A stretch of DNA of 64,000 nt from Gammaproteobacteria bacterium (GCA_947480335.1 CANKCB010000006.1:13148-77147), one strand, 5' to 3'; shown: positions 34,286 through 43,715, counted from the first letter of the stretch. Made by a program: numbers and translations. The notes: generated by a model from the letters alone, not told the origin.

Positions 34286-34830
34286 ATGAGAATCACCCTT
34301 GATCACAACTGCATCATCCATATTGAGAATGGCACAGACGTTGGAAATGCTGTTCAGGTCATCGTTTCGAGTGTGAATAATGAATGTTTCGTTGTGAACA
34401 TTGGTGCTTCTGAAATGCGCAAATATGGCGTACGGCCTGACAAGTACGAAAAATTCGAAGAGCTCTTGAGCCAAACTGGTCTCGCACATTTGCCAAGACT
34501 CAATCCAATGATGATTTTTGATGTTACCTTTTGGGATCGGTGTGTTTGGGGAGGCGACGACACTATAAAACTCGCGAGCAATATCGAAGAGGTATTATTT
34601 GGTGAGTCAGAAAAGATCGATATTGCTTCAGTTGGTCTTGATTCAGCCGAGGGTAGAAAATGGTTAAATAGGATCTGCGATATCCACGGCATGTGGTGCC
34701 ACATTAAAATAAAAATGATATTTTCCTCACCACAGATGGTAATTTCAGCAAAGAGACTAAGTTACCAAAACTTTTAGCATTGGTGTCTCGCCGCATCTGT
34801 CATCCACAGGAGCTTTTACATGAGGCATAA
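34286..34830 (+). CDS. PIN-like domain cassette protein; apparent 1-nt deletion in A-run 34706-34709
   Basis: ITLDHNCII near N-terminus; CDIHG; after adding one A it reads KNDIFLTTDGNF...HEA* and ends inside the attC R'' box. Confidence 0.65.
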
Positions 34831-34881
34831 CAAGGCACCCAAATCGGACGGCTTCGCCGCCGCTTGGCTTGGTCGTTAGCA
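34825..34881 (+). other. attC site (57 bp)
   Basis: R'' GCATAAC, R' GTTAGCA; inner arms CCAA..CGGACGGC-TTC-GCCGCCG..TTGG. Confidence 0.85.
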
Positions 34882-34895
34882 AAAATCAAAAACCT

Positions 34896-35321
34896 ATGAA
34901 TATTCAATATAGAAATACATTTGAAGAAGTTGATTGGAATCAAGTATCTAAAATATTTGAGGTAAATGGATGGGGCGCAAGACCTCCTGAGAAAGTTAAG
35001 GCTGCATTTCAAAAAAGTTCTTTCATGCGCTTTGCGTATATTGAAGGCCAACTGGTTGGTATGGGCAGAACTATTGATGACGGCGTCTACTATGCTTGGG
35101 TGGTCGATCTAGCTATATTGCCAGAGTTTCAAGGCCTTGGTATTGGCTCTACTATTCTTAAAGAACTCGAAAAAGATCTAGAGCCTTTTATAAGTACAAT
35201 GTTAACGGCAGCACCTGGCAAAAGTGGGTTTTATGAGAAACTTGGCTGGATTAAACAATCTGCTGCATACATCTGGCCGCGTTCAGAAAAGCAAAAACGT
35301 GAATTTACTGACAATTGCTAA
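34896..35321 (+). CDS. GNAT family N-acetyltransferase (cassette)
   Basis: LVGMGR, DLAILPEFQGLGIG (acetyl-CoA motif A), GFYEKLGW. Confidence 0.9.
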   Translation: MNIQYRNTFEEVDWNQVSKIFEVNGWGARPPEKVKAAFQKSSFMRFAYIEGQLVGMGRTIDDGVYYAWVVDLAILPEFQGLGIGSTILKELEKDLEPFISTMLTAAPGKSGFYEKLGWIKQSAAYIWPRSEKQKREFTDNC

Positions 35322-35450
35322 TAAGTCGTTGCAGCATCGTTCCGCTTCGATGCACTGGATAGTTTGTAAGTCGCAATATTATGATTTTGCTGCGCAATAT
35401 AATTCTATAAAACCACAGCTTTAATACTACCGCTAAACTCGGCGTTATGG
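35316..35450 (+). other. Long attC site (~135 bp)
   Basis: R'' TGCTAAT (complements upstream GTTAGCA except at one base), R' GTTATGG; imperfect inverted arms around a central GCTGCGC. Confidence 0.78.
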
Positions 35451-35458
35451 AGAAACAA

Positions 35459-35803
35459 ATGGCCAAAGAACGAGCTGACTTCAAGAATACTATTGCGGCA
35501 GGAGAAAAAGTCTTTGGTCAGGATCTCTGGAGAGATTCTAAATTCTTTGGCGTGAAAACATTGATTGGGCATACGCAATCTTGGCCGTGTCAGCTTCTTC
35601 TGTGGTGGTTGTTTATCTGCTGGGGTTACGTTATGTACGACGTGGTAATAAAAAATATCGGTTGGTTATACGGATTGATAATTCTCGCTCCAATTCATTT
35701 TCTAATTTTCAAATTACCAGTAGTACATATTATAGAACCACTATCCGAAAGTGAATTGCAGGAATATCTAGGCAAGACTAGTGCCCCCGAAAATAAGGAA
35801 TAA
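35459..35803 (+). CDS. Hypothetical two-TM membrane protein (cassette)
   Basis: GGAG RBS immediately after R'; two hydrophobic segments. Confidence 0.65.
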   Translation: MAKERADFKNTIAAGEKVFGQDLWRDSKFFGVKTLIGHTQSWPCQLLLWWLFICWGYVMYDVVIKNIGWLYGLIILAPIHFLIFKLPVVHIIEPLSESELQEYLGKTSAPENKE

Positions 35804-35864
35804 GAATTTAAGTATGTCACTCAAGGAATTACAAGGAATTAGGGTCAGAGTAACAATTAGAAAC

Positions 35865-35894
35865 AATAACGAGTCAAAGCCCTTTTTGAAATTG
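35865..35894 (+). repeat. ~30-bp direct repeat, copy 1
   Basis: AATAACGAGTCAAAGCCCTTTTTGAAATTG. Confidence 0.8.
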
Positions 35895-35917
35895 CACTAG
35901 TTAAGGGATCGAAGATA

Positions 35918-36367
35918 ATGTCTGAACCCGCCAGGCCCATAAGCAAATCGACCCTGACTGCGTGGGTAAATGAAAAGATCCGAAACGGAACGCCTCGGTG
36001 TGTCTTGTATCACATACTAATTTCAATGCAATCCGAAACCAACGACCTGAAAGAGATGCAAATATTAGCGGCCGTTGCTGATGAACAAGAAGAAATAATG
36101 GTTGATAGGAATACGAAAGGAATGGCGCTCGAAAAGCAAGGAAAGGAAGATAGCGCGATCGTTCTCTACGAAGCCAATGTCGCAGATCAATTCGATGGAA
36201 GCCATCCATACAATCGATTGCGCATACTTTACATGGATCGCGGGAGCTACATCGACACCATCCGGGTGTGTGAGGCATACATTGCAAATTCCAGTCAGGA
36301 TCAGAAGTTGTGTGAATCGTTCCGTACCGAGATTACGAAACTTACGGCAAAGGCTTCCGGTTCTTGA
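35918..36367 (+). CDS. TPR-like helical repeat protein (cassette)
   Basis: NTKGMALEKQGKEDSAIVLYE...HPYNRLRILY...DTIRVCE pattern. Confidence 0.65.
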   Translation: MSEPARPISKSTLTAWVNEKIRNGTPRCVLYHILISMQSETNDLKEMQILAAVADEQEEIMVDRNTKGMALEKQGKEDSAIVLYEANVADQFDGSHPYNRLRILYMDRGSYIDTIRVCEAYIANSSQDQKLCESFRTEITKLTAKASGS

Positions 36368-36385
36368 CCACGACGCGACATTTCC

Positions 36386-36450
36386 CCCTTACTCATCATT
36401 CCCGGAACTGCGCGAAAAGCCGCGCAGGCCGTTGAATTCAGACTTTATGC
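36386..36450 (+). other. Decayed attC site
   Basis: Core hairpin CTGCGCG-AAAAGC-CGCGCAG; R'' CCCTTAC (one base short of CCCTTAAC, the complement of GTTAAGGG at 35900); R' TTTATGC instead of GTTATGC. Confidence 0.7.
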
Positions 36451-36472
36451 TGCCTGCAAACCATCAGCGCCA

Positions 36473-37330
36473 ATGATCGAACAGAGATCGAAATATAGAA
36501 GTACCATCACTATGTCCGAGCTTGGACGGCGGGCTAGTGAAATTCGTGAGCTTTATGAGGGGGAAGGCATACGGCTTCACTCGCAGTCTGGCATGGCCGA
36601 GCTTATTAATGGCGCCATGGAGTTGGCGTCTAATAGTGGGCCTCATGGAACGGAGGGTAACATCTATCTTGGGCTGCATTTAGACAGAGTATATAAAGCT
36701 GTGGTTCCCTTAAAACAGCATCCGAATAGAAGTGAGTATCTAAAAAAACTTCGTGCTGGCAATCTTCGGTTCCTGAACAGAACTCCGTCAAAAGCCAGAG
36801 ATTGTCTTTTTGAACTGGAGATATGGCGATCTATAAACGATCTAAGAAAGAATGCCGGGAGCCTTTCCGAGCCTGACGTAGTTCTTGACCTTCCTTCCCT
36901 GAAAATCGGAATTGCTTGTAAAAAAATTTATTCAACCCATAATGTTGAAAAGACACTTTCAAATGCCGTTAAGCAAATCAGATCGAATTGCCAAGGCTTT
37001 GGCGTTGTCGCCTTCAGTATTGAAGATATCTTTCCAGAAGGGAAAGCTGTTGGGGCAAAGACCTTTGACGGTGCGTCAGATTTCCTTTCACGTCAATGTC
37101 AAAATTTCTTGGCAGAACATGAGAAATTGTTCATCAAGTATTTCAAGGGAAGCGATATCGTCGGAGCCTTAGCTGTCGCATCAAGCATTGTTGAAACTAC
37201 TCAAGAGCGTCTGCGCTATTCAAATATGCAGCAGTGGTTCCTATGGTCCGCCCCTGAGCTCAACAAAAATGCTCAGATATCTGTGATTCACTTTAGAAAC
37301 CTACTTGGAAAAAATGCGTCCGAAAAATAA
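36473..37330 (+). CDS. Hypothetical protein with PD-(D/E)XK-like nuclease motifs (cassette)
   Basis: FELEI...EPDVVL...IGIACK...AVKQI arrangement. Confidence 0.55.
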   Translation: MIEQRSKYRSTITMSELGRRASEIRELYEGEGIRLHSQSGMAELINGAMELASNSGPHGTEGNIYLGLHLDRVYKAVVPLKQHPNRSEYLKKLRAGNLRFLNRTPSKARDCLFELEIWRSINDLRKNAGSLSEPDVVLDLPSLKIGIACKKIYSTHNVEKTLSNAVKQIRSNCQGFGVVAFSIEDIFPEGKAVGAKTFDGASDFLSRQCQNFLAEHEKLFIKYFKGSDIVGALAVASSIVETTQERLRYSNMQQWFLWSAPELNKNAQISVIHFRNLLGKNASEK

Positions 37331-37358
37331 ATAACGGGTCAAATCCCTTTTGAAATTG
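37330..37358 (+). repeat. ~30-bp direct repeat, copy 2
   Basis: AATAACGGGTCAAATCCCTTTTGAAATTG; 2 substitutions and 1 indel relative to copy 1. Confidence 0.8.
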
Positions 37359-37388
37359 TATCTGGCCGCCACAGATGAGCCACGATCA

Positions 37389-37691
37389 TTATGGGTTTAT
37401 CAATTTTGAATCAACATCCATGCTTTTATGAAGAATGCGCACAATTTCAATGTCGCCGTCATTTATTCTTCTATAGAAAACAAGATGACTGCCTTGGGGA
37501 ATTTTTCTGTAACCCTCTCTAATGTAATCACACACCTTTCCTGTTAAGGGTTCGTCTGCCAGTCGGCGAAAAGCCTCATCCATCTGTTTAATGTATAAAT
37601 TGCGTTGCTCTTTCCCCCAACGATTTTCCGTGTAGCTGGCAATGCTTTTTAAATCCGCTTTCGCTTTAACCGTTAAAACAAATGACCTCAT
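37389..37691 (-). CDS. parE: Type II toxin, ParE family
   Basis: LTVKAKADLKSI..YT..RWG.EQ..Y, IREGYR, HLVFYR, IVRILHKSMD (TA toxin, not topoisomerase IV). Confidence 0.9.
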   Translation of the reverse strand: MRSFVLTVKAKADLKSIASYTENRWGKEQRNLYIKQMDEAFRRLADEPLTGKVCDYIREGYRKIPQGSHLVFYRRINDGDIEIVRILHKSMDVDSKLINP

Positions 37692-37927
37692 TTACCGGTT
37701 TCGTCCAGCTCACGAATAAACGTTTCGTAGCTGTAGTCAGCCCGACCACTGCGCTCGCCTTCTTCCAGCAGTTGGCGTAAGGCGTTCAGCTTGTTTTCCG
37801 AATCCTCGAGCAATCTCAACCCCGCTCGCATCACTTCACTCGCAGAGCCGTACCGACCGCTGTTGATTTGCTCATTAATGAAGCCTTCAAAATGGTCACC
37901 CAGAGTGATACTCGTATTTTTAGCCAT
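37688..37927 (-). CDS. parD: Type II antitoxin, ParD family (RHH)
   Basis: MAKNTSITLGDHFEGFI, SGRYGSASEVMRAGLRLLE, EGERSG; 4-nt overlap with toxin. Confidence 0.92.
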   Translation of the reverse strand: MAKNTSITLGDHFEGFINEQINSGRYGSASEVMRAGLRLLEDSENKLNALRQLLEEGERSGRADYSYETFIRELDETGK

Positions 37928-38154
37928 AATTCACCTCAAAAGTACCAAAATATACCTAATATTGGTATAAATTGCAGTAGATGTCAATTAACAGGGCGTC
38001 TTACAAAAGCCGGTAATTTCATTACAAATAGAAATAATGGGCAAAGTTTTTTTGAGTAATGTTGCTGCCGTGTTGACTGAACAAGTCCAATTAATTTAAC
38101 GAATCAATTACACTATCATCAACTTCCATATCCCCATTACATCAGAAACTGACC

Positions 38155-38373
38155 ATGAAAAAATCACTTGTCATTCTACTCTGTTCCACTGTGTTACCCG
38201 CTTGTTCCTCACAGCAATTATTCGGATCGCTGTACAGTTCTGCCCAGAACTGGCAGCGCGATCAATGTGTGCGGATAGCAGATCATCAGGAACGCGAGCG
38301 CTGCATGGCCAGCACCAGCAAAACCTATGAAGAATATAAAGCGCAGTCCGGCGCAGCGAAGAAGGATGAGTAA
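38155..38373 (+). CDS. Small hypothetical lipoprotein
   Basis: MKK, hydrophobic stretch, LPAC lipobox; paired Cys; TYEEY tail. Confidence 0.7.
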   Translation: MKKSLVILLCSTVLPACSSQQLFGSLYSSAQNWQRDQCVRIADHQERERCMASTSKTYEEYKAQSGAAKKDE

Positions 38374-38410
38374 CCCTTAAGCCGGGCGAAAACACAGAGC
38401 AGGTGGATAC

Positions 38411-38806
38411 ATGAATCTACACATACGCAGACTGATGCTACTCTCGCTGCTGCTTGTTCCATTCTCGCTTAATGCCGCCGAGAGTGTGGATAGCCGCATT
38501 GCCGGTAAATACGCAGGTCAGGTCTATAACGGTGATGATATGGATCCTGTCGTCACGGTGTTTGTCGCATTACCGAACGGCAGGATACGCGGAAATTACG
38601 TCGCGGAAGATGAGGTTGAAACCGTCAACGGCACCATCTCAAACGCGGTCAAGATTGAAGGCAACACCTATTCGTTTGAGTGGACGGATAAATACGGCGA
38701 AGGCAAGGCGGTGCTGGTGTTTTCCAGTGACTTTTCCAGCTTCAAGGGATTCTGGACGAATAATATTGAACGCAATCAGTTTGAATGGACAGGAACACGG
38801 TTATGA
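38411..38806 (+). CDS. Hypothetical secreted beta-rich protein
   Basis: Signal peptide; GKYAG, FEWTDKYGEG, FSSDFSSFKGFW. Confidence 0.7.
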   Translation: MNLHIRRLMLLSLLLVPFSLNAAESVDSRIAGKYAGQVYNGDDMDPVVTVFVALPNGRIRGNYVAEDEVETVNGTISNAVKIEGNTYSFEWTDKYGEGKAVLVFSSDFSSFKGFWTNNIERNQFEWTGTRL

Positions 38807-39357
38807 CCATAAAAAGCTCTTCGACGATAGTCTGCTTATCACTACTCTTGCTATTAAGTTCCAGCGTACGCGTGGCACTGGCGCAGGACAGGGATCTGGA
38901 TGATTTCGAGGACCTCGGACGCAACGTGGCTGACGCCATCGCATCCGATACGCAGTTTGATATTACCAAACTCGGTAATTACAAAAATCTGAGGCTGGCA
39001 CTGTTAAAACAGGCCTGTCAGTATATTGACTATGGCTACTACCGGATTAAAGATGTGGTTTACATGATCGGTAGCAGTAAACAGGGTGTGGTCATCGGTC
39101 GCCATGCGAAATTCAATGTGATCAAAAACGAAGCGAACATTGAGTCTGTTACTGCCTCGGCTGAGGACTGTCTCGTGATTCCAAACCATCCTTCATCACT
39201 GGGCATCACGGTGACCGAGAAACAGTCCGAGACGCCTACCGAGTTTCATGTGATAACCAATCTGGTCAACGGCAAGGCTTTGTATGTCGGCACGACCAAG
39301 GGTAACTGGCGCGTGGTTGAAGGCAGGATTTCACTGTTGGAAACACATCGACTTTAA
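38803..39357 (+). CDS. Hypothetical secreted protein
   Basis: ATG overlaps previous stop; signal peptide ending ALA; PTEFHV motif. Confidence 0.65.
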   Translation: MTIKSSSTIVCLSLLLLLSSSVRVALAQDRDLDDFEDLGRNVADAIASDTQFDITKLGNYKNLRLALLKQACQYIDYGYYRIKDVVYMIGSSKQGVVIGRHAKFNVIKNEANIESVTASAEDCLVIPNHPSSLGITVTEKQSETPTEFHVITNLVNGKALYVGTTKGNWRVVEGRISLLETHRL

Positions 39358-39396
39358 CAGAACACGGAATGACCGGATCAACCGTGACGTAGTTAA

Positions 39397-39888
39397 TCAG
39401 CCGCGCGCTCGTTCCAGTACACTAAACGTGAACGGATACTGGTTCTTCTCGTCGGCCGCAAAATCCTGTTGTGATAGTTGATGCCATTCGGTACGGTCAA
39501 ACACCGGAAACCAGGTGTCACCTTCCACATCCGCATGCACATCGGTTAGATAGAGCACATCGGCCTGGGCAAGCGCAGAATGGAAAATATCGTGCCCACC
39601 GATGATGACCACTTCTGGCATATTTGCATAACGCTGCAAGGCTTCCTCCAGACTATGACAGACGATACAACCGTCAGAGCGATAATCCAGATTTCGAGTA
39701 ATGATGACATTGTCGCGTCCCGGTAATGGCTTGCCGATGGATTCCCAGGTCTTGCGACCCATGATGACCGGCTTGCCCATCGTCAAAGCCTTGAAGTTTT
39801 TCAGGTCGGCAGATAAACGCCAGGGCAAGGCATTGTTTAGCCCTATCACGCCTTTTTGATCCATGGCCACGATGATAGACAGTTTCAT
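39397..39888 (-). CDS. folA: Dihydrofolate reductase
   Basis: VIG..N.LPW.L.ADL, IMGRKTWESIG, PLPGR, IIGG, GDTWFP. Confidence 0.96.
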   Translation of the reverse strand: MKLSIIVAMDQKGVIGLNNALPWRLSADLKNFKALTMGKPVIMGRKTWESIGKPLPGRDNVIITRNLDYRSDGCIVCHSLEEALQRYANMPEVVIIGGHDIFHSALAQADVLYLTDVHADVEGDTWFPVFDRTEWHQLSQQDFAADEKNQYPFTFSVLERARG

Positions 39889-39906
39889 ATCAGGAAATTA
39901 CGCATA

Positions 39907-40701
39907 CTAAATTGCCACCGGAGCGGCGATATGTGCCTGTGGCTGGTAATTGACCAGTTCAAAATCTTCAAATTTAAATTCAAAAATCGATTTGACCTGC
40001 TCATTAATTTTCATTTGTGGCAATGCTGTCGGTTGCCGTTGTAATTGCAAGTCCGTCTGCTCCAGATGATTGATATACAGGTGCGCATCGCCGAGCGTAT
40101 GCACAAAATCGCCATAGCCCAATCCAGTGACCCGAGCGATCATCATCGTCAGCAATGCATACGAAGCAATATTGAACGGCACGCCAAGAAATATATCTGC
40201 ACTGCGTTGATACAGCTGACAGGACAATTTTCCGTCAGCGACATAGAACTGGAACATGGTATGACAAGGCGCCAGCGCCATTTTGTCGATATCGGCAACA
40301 TTCCAGGCACTGACAATTAAACGTCTGGAGTCCGGTGTCTTGCGAATTTGATCAATCACCATACTGATCTGGTCAATTACCTTGCCGTCCTTGCCCTGCC
40401 AGGAACGCCATTGCGCACCATAGACCGGGCCCAAATCACCGTTCACGTCAGCCCATTCGTCCCAGATGCGAACCCCGTGCTGTTTCAGATAGGCAATATT
40501 GGTGTCGCCCTGCAAGAACCAGAGCAATTCGTGGATGATTGATTTGACGTGCAACTTCTTGGTGGTCACTAACGGAAAGCCTTCATTCAGATCAAACCGC
40601 ATCTGGTAACCGAACACGCTCAAGGTACCGGTACCGGTACGATCGGTTTTGCGGGTACCGTGTTCGCGCACATGGCGCATCAGCTCGAGGTATTGTTTCA
40701 T
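39907..40701 (-). CDS. thyA: Thymidylate synthase
   Basis: [38 protein letters not shown]. Confidence 0.97.
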   Translation of the reverse strand: MKQYLELMRHVREHGTRKTDRTGTGTLSVFGYQMRFDLNEGFPLVTTKKLHVKSIIHELLWFLQGDTNIAYLKQHGVRIWDEWADVNGDLGPVYGAQWRSWQGKDGKVIDQISMVIDQIRKTPDSRRLIVSAWNVADIDKMALAPCHTMFQFYVADGKLSCQLYQRSADIFLGVPFNIASYALLTMMIARVTGLGYGDFVHTLGDAHLYINHLEQTDLQLQRQPTALPQMKINEQVKSIFEFKFEDFELVNYQPQAHIAAPVAI

Positions 40702-41486
40702 GCCTTGGGGACTCGTTTATATGCCAGCACCAGCAGTATACCACCGACCAGAATCATCGGCGTGGACAGCACCTGCCCCATGGTCAACCAGCCACCGGCC
40801 AGATAACCAATGTTCGCATCCGGCTCACGCACAAATTCGACCAGAAACCGGAAAATGCCATATAACAACAGGAACAAGCCAGACACGGCCATGGTCGGGC
40901 GTGGCCGCGAGGAAAACAACCATAGCACCGTAAACAGCACCACGCCTTCAAGAAAACATTCATATAACTGCGAGGGATGACGCGGCAGATCCCCGGCTCC
41001 CGGAAACACCATCGCCCAGGGTACGGTTGATGGAGCGCCCCACAGTTCCGCATTGATGAAATTACCGATACGGCCAAAACCCAACCCTATCGGCACGACC
41101 GGGATCATGAAATCACTGATATGAAAATAACGTTTCGAATAGGTACGTCCAAACAGAAAAAGAGCCACCGCAACGCCGAGCAGACCACCGTGAAACGACA
41201 TGCCGCCATGCCAGATTTTGAATACGTCGAGTGGATGATCCAGATAATATGGCAGGTTATAAAACAATACAGAACCGAGCCTGCCACCGAGGATCAGACC
41301 AACCGCGCAATTAAAGACCAGATCGGATACCTGCTCACTGGTCCAGCTACCGGCAGAGGCTCTGGCACGACGTTCCAGCAAAAACCAGGCTGTGCTCAAA
41401 CCGGCCAGGTAGGTCAGACCATACCAGCGTATCTGGACGAGGCCCAGATCCAGCGCAATCGGGTTTATTTGGGGATAGTCGATCAT
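40698..41486 (-). CDS. lgt: Prolipoprotein diacylglyceryl transferase
   Basis: [42 protein letters not shown]. Confidence 0.96.
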   Translation of the reverse strand: MIDYPQINPIALDLGLVQIRWYGLTYLAGLSTAWFLLERRARASAGSWTSEQVSDLVFNCAVGLILGGRLGSVLFYNLPYYLDHPLDVFKIWHGGMSFHGGLLGVAVALFLFGRTYSKRYFHISDFMIPVVPIGLGFGRIGNFINAELWGAPSTVPWAMVFPGAGDLPRHPSQLYECFLEGVVLFTVLWLFSSRPRPTMAVSGLFLLLYGIFRFLVEFVREPDANIGYLAGGWLTMGQVLSTPMILVGGILLVLAYKRVPKA

Positions 41487-41520
41487 CGTGGTGTCAGTTT
41501 AACACGGGAAGGTGCATAAA

Positions 41521-41563
41521 CGTGTGAAGGGTAAGGTGTGAGGTGAGAGGGGTAAGGTGAAAC
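41521..41563. repeat. Heptameric repeat, G-rich on the + strand
   Basis: gtgaagg-gtaaggt-gtgaggt-gagaggg-gtaaggt-gaaacgt. Confidence 0.75.
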
Positions 41564-41621
41564 GTCCGCCCCGGGGCTGAATCGTGTAGAATTCACCCAT
41601 GAATACATACAAAGAGTCTCC

Positions 41622-43715
41622 ATGAACGATTCCCGAAATCCGAATCCCGATGCCAGTGTGAACGCACTGATCAACGAAACCAGTCCGTACCTGCTGCAAC
41701 ATGCACATAATCCCGTGCACTGGTATCCCTGGTCACCCGAGGCACTGGCACTGGCCAAACGTGAAAACAAGCCAATCCTGCTGTCGATCGGCTATTCCGC
41801 CTGCCACTGGTGTCATGTGATGGCGCATGAATCGTTTGAGGACGAGGACACGGCCGCCCTGATGAACCAGCATTTCATCAACATCAAGGTGGACCGCGAA
41901 GAGCGCCCGGACATCGACAAGATTTACCAGACCGCGCAATACCTGCTGACCAATCGCAGCGGTGGTTGGCCGTTGACCATGTTCCTGACCCACGACGATC
42001 AGGTGCCTTTTTTTGGCGGTACCTACTTTCCACCCGAACCGCGTTATGGCATGCCTGGCTTTAAAAATATTCTTGGCCGGGTGGTTGATTACTACACCGA
42101 TCAACAGGATGCCGTGCGCAAGCAAAATCAGGCGTTCATGCAAGCGCTGCAGCAAACCCAACGCGCTGCACCCGCAGGCAAAAAACAACCGGACCCGGCC
42201 ATCATTCTGCAAGGTGTGCACGGGCTGGCCGGAAATTTTGATGTTACTCACGGTGGTTTTGGTGGCGCACCCAAGTTTCCCCATGTGACCAATCTGGAAT
42301 TGTTGATGGCGTTCAACGAACTGGATGACACGGATACCGGTGAAACCGCGTTACAAATGAGTACGCTGACGCTGGAGAAAATGGCCAGCGGGGGAATTTA
42401 TGATCATCTGGGCGGGGGCTTTTGTCGCTATTCCGTTGATGATCAATGGACCATCCCCCATTTTGAAAAAATGCTGTACGACAATGGCCCGCTGTTGTGG
42501 ATTTATCTACAGGCCTGGCACGTTACCGGCGACCCTTCGTTTAAAACCATCGCCACCGAAACCGCTGACTGGATCCTGCGCGATATGCAAAATCCGCAAG
42601 GTGGATACTATTCCTCGCTCGATGCGGATTCAGAAGGTGTGGAAGGCAAGTTTTACGCCTGGGCACCGGATCAGGTTCAATCGCTGCTTGGCGCTGACGA
42701 ATATGCTCTGTTTGCAGCGTATTACGGACTGGAGGGGCCGCCCAACTTTGAACATCAGTGGCATTTGCGCACACGAGCGCCGTTGGCAGAGATTGCCTCC
42801 AAACAAAATCTGGCGATAACACAAGCTACCCTGCAGCTGAATACCGCCAGACACAAACTACTGGAAACCCGTCGTTTGCGCATCTGGCCCGGACGCGATG
42901 AAAAAATTCTGCCGTCCTGGAATGCCCTGGTGATCAAGGCGATGGCGTTGGCGTCCATCCGGCTTGAGCATGAGCCGTATTATCAGTCTGCCGAACAGGC
43001 GCTCGTGTTTATCCACACGCATCTGTGGCGGAATGGTCGTTTGATTGCGTGTTACAAGGACGGTAAGGGACATTTGAATGCCTATCTGGATGATTATGCA
43101 TTTTTGCTGGACGCGATCTTGACGATGCTCAGTGTGCGCTGGAACAGTCAGTGGTTTGATTTTGCGCAGCAACTGGCCGCGGTACTGATTGAGCAGTTTG
43201 AAGACAAGACAAGTGGTGGCTTCTACTTCACCTCACACGACCATGAACCGCTGTTGCAGCGCCGCCGTGACTTTGCCGACGAGGCAACACCGTCGGGCAA
43301 TGGTATTGCCGCACAGGCTTTATTACGTATTGGCTACCTGACGGGCAACCTGGACTGGATTGTTGCCTCAGAAAACACGCTTAAAGCGGCCTGGCCCTCA
43401 ATACAGCAGTTGCCGCATGCACATCCAACCTTGTTGTTGGCGCTGGCCGATTTGGCCAATCCGCCCCGCCAAATCATTATTCGAGGACTGGAGCCGGAAT
43501 TGGGACGCTGGGCGAAACGTTGTCATCAGGCAACCGGATTGCGTACGGCAATTTATGCGATTCCGACCGAAATAGTCGACTTGCCGGGTGCACTGGCTCT
43601 ACGCGCGCCTGCCACTGCAACACTGGCGTATGTTTGCGAGGGACATCAGTGCAAATTACCGGAATTTAACCTCGAAAACCTGATCTCCGACTTGAAGCCA
43701 CAAGCCCCGGGATGA
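41622..43715 (+). CDS. Thioredoxin-domain protein, YyaL/DUF255 family
   Basis: [47 protein letters not shown]. Confidence 0.92.
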   Translation: MNDSRNPNPDASVNALINETSPYLLQHAHNPVHWYPWSPEALALAKRENKPILLSIGYSACHWCHVMAHESFEDEDTAALMNQHFINIKVDREERPDIDKIYQTAQYLLTNRSGGWPLTMFLTHDDQVPFFGGTYFPPEPRYGMPGFKNILGRVVDYYTDQQDAVRKQNQAFMQALQQTQRAAPAGKKQPDPAIILQGVHGLAGNFDVTHGGFGGAPKFPHVTNLELLMAFNELDDTDTGETALQMSTLTLEKMASGGIYDHLGGGFCRYSVDDQWTIPHFEKMLYDNGPLLWIYLQAWHVTGDPSFKTIATETADWILRDMQNPQGGYYSSLDADSEGVEGKFYAWAPDQVQSLLGADEYALFAAYYGLEGPPNFEHQWHLRTRAPLAEIASKQNLAITQATLQLNTARHKLLETRRLRIWPGRDEKILPSWNALVIKAMALASIRLEHEPYYQSAEQALVFIHTHLWRNGRLIACYKDGKGHLNAYLDDYAFLLDAILTMLSVRWNSQWFDFAQQLAAVLIEQFEDKTSGGFYFTSHDHEPLLQRRRDFADEATPSGNGIAAQALLRIGYLTGNLDWIVASENTLKAAWPSIQQLPHAHPTLLLALADLANPPRQIIIRGLEPELGRWAKRCHQATGLRTAIYAIPTEIVDLPGALALRAPATATLAYVCEGHQCKLPEFNLENLISDLKPQAPG

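Larger units (their letters stand above)
34276..37358 (+). mobile_element. Integron gene-cassette array with no integrase in the window (CALIN-like)
   Basis: Co-oriented AT-richer ORFs separated by attC-type sites with matching R'/R'' boxes; no tyrosine recombinase ORF in the window. Confidence 0.82.

Noticed and set aside
37985..38080. Possible attC after parDE (ATTAACAGGGCG...GCCGTGTTGAC)
   Set aside because: Arms pair only loosely, the right box GTTGACT is off-consensus, and no matching R' precedes the TA pair
39351..39398. CTTTAAC...GTTAATC after the last hypothetical gene as an attC
   Set aside because: Under 50 bp with no inner inverted arms
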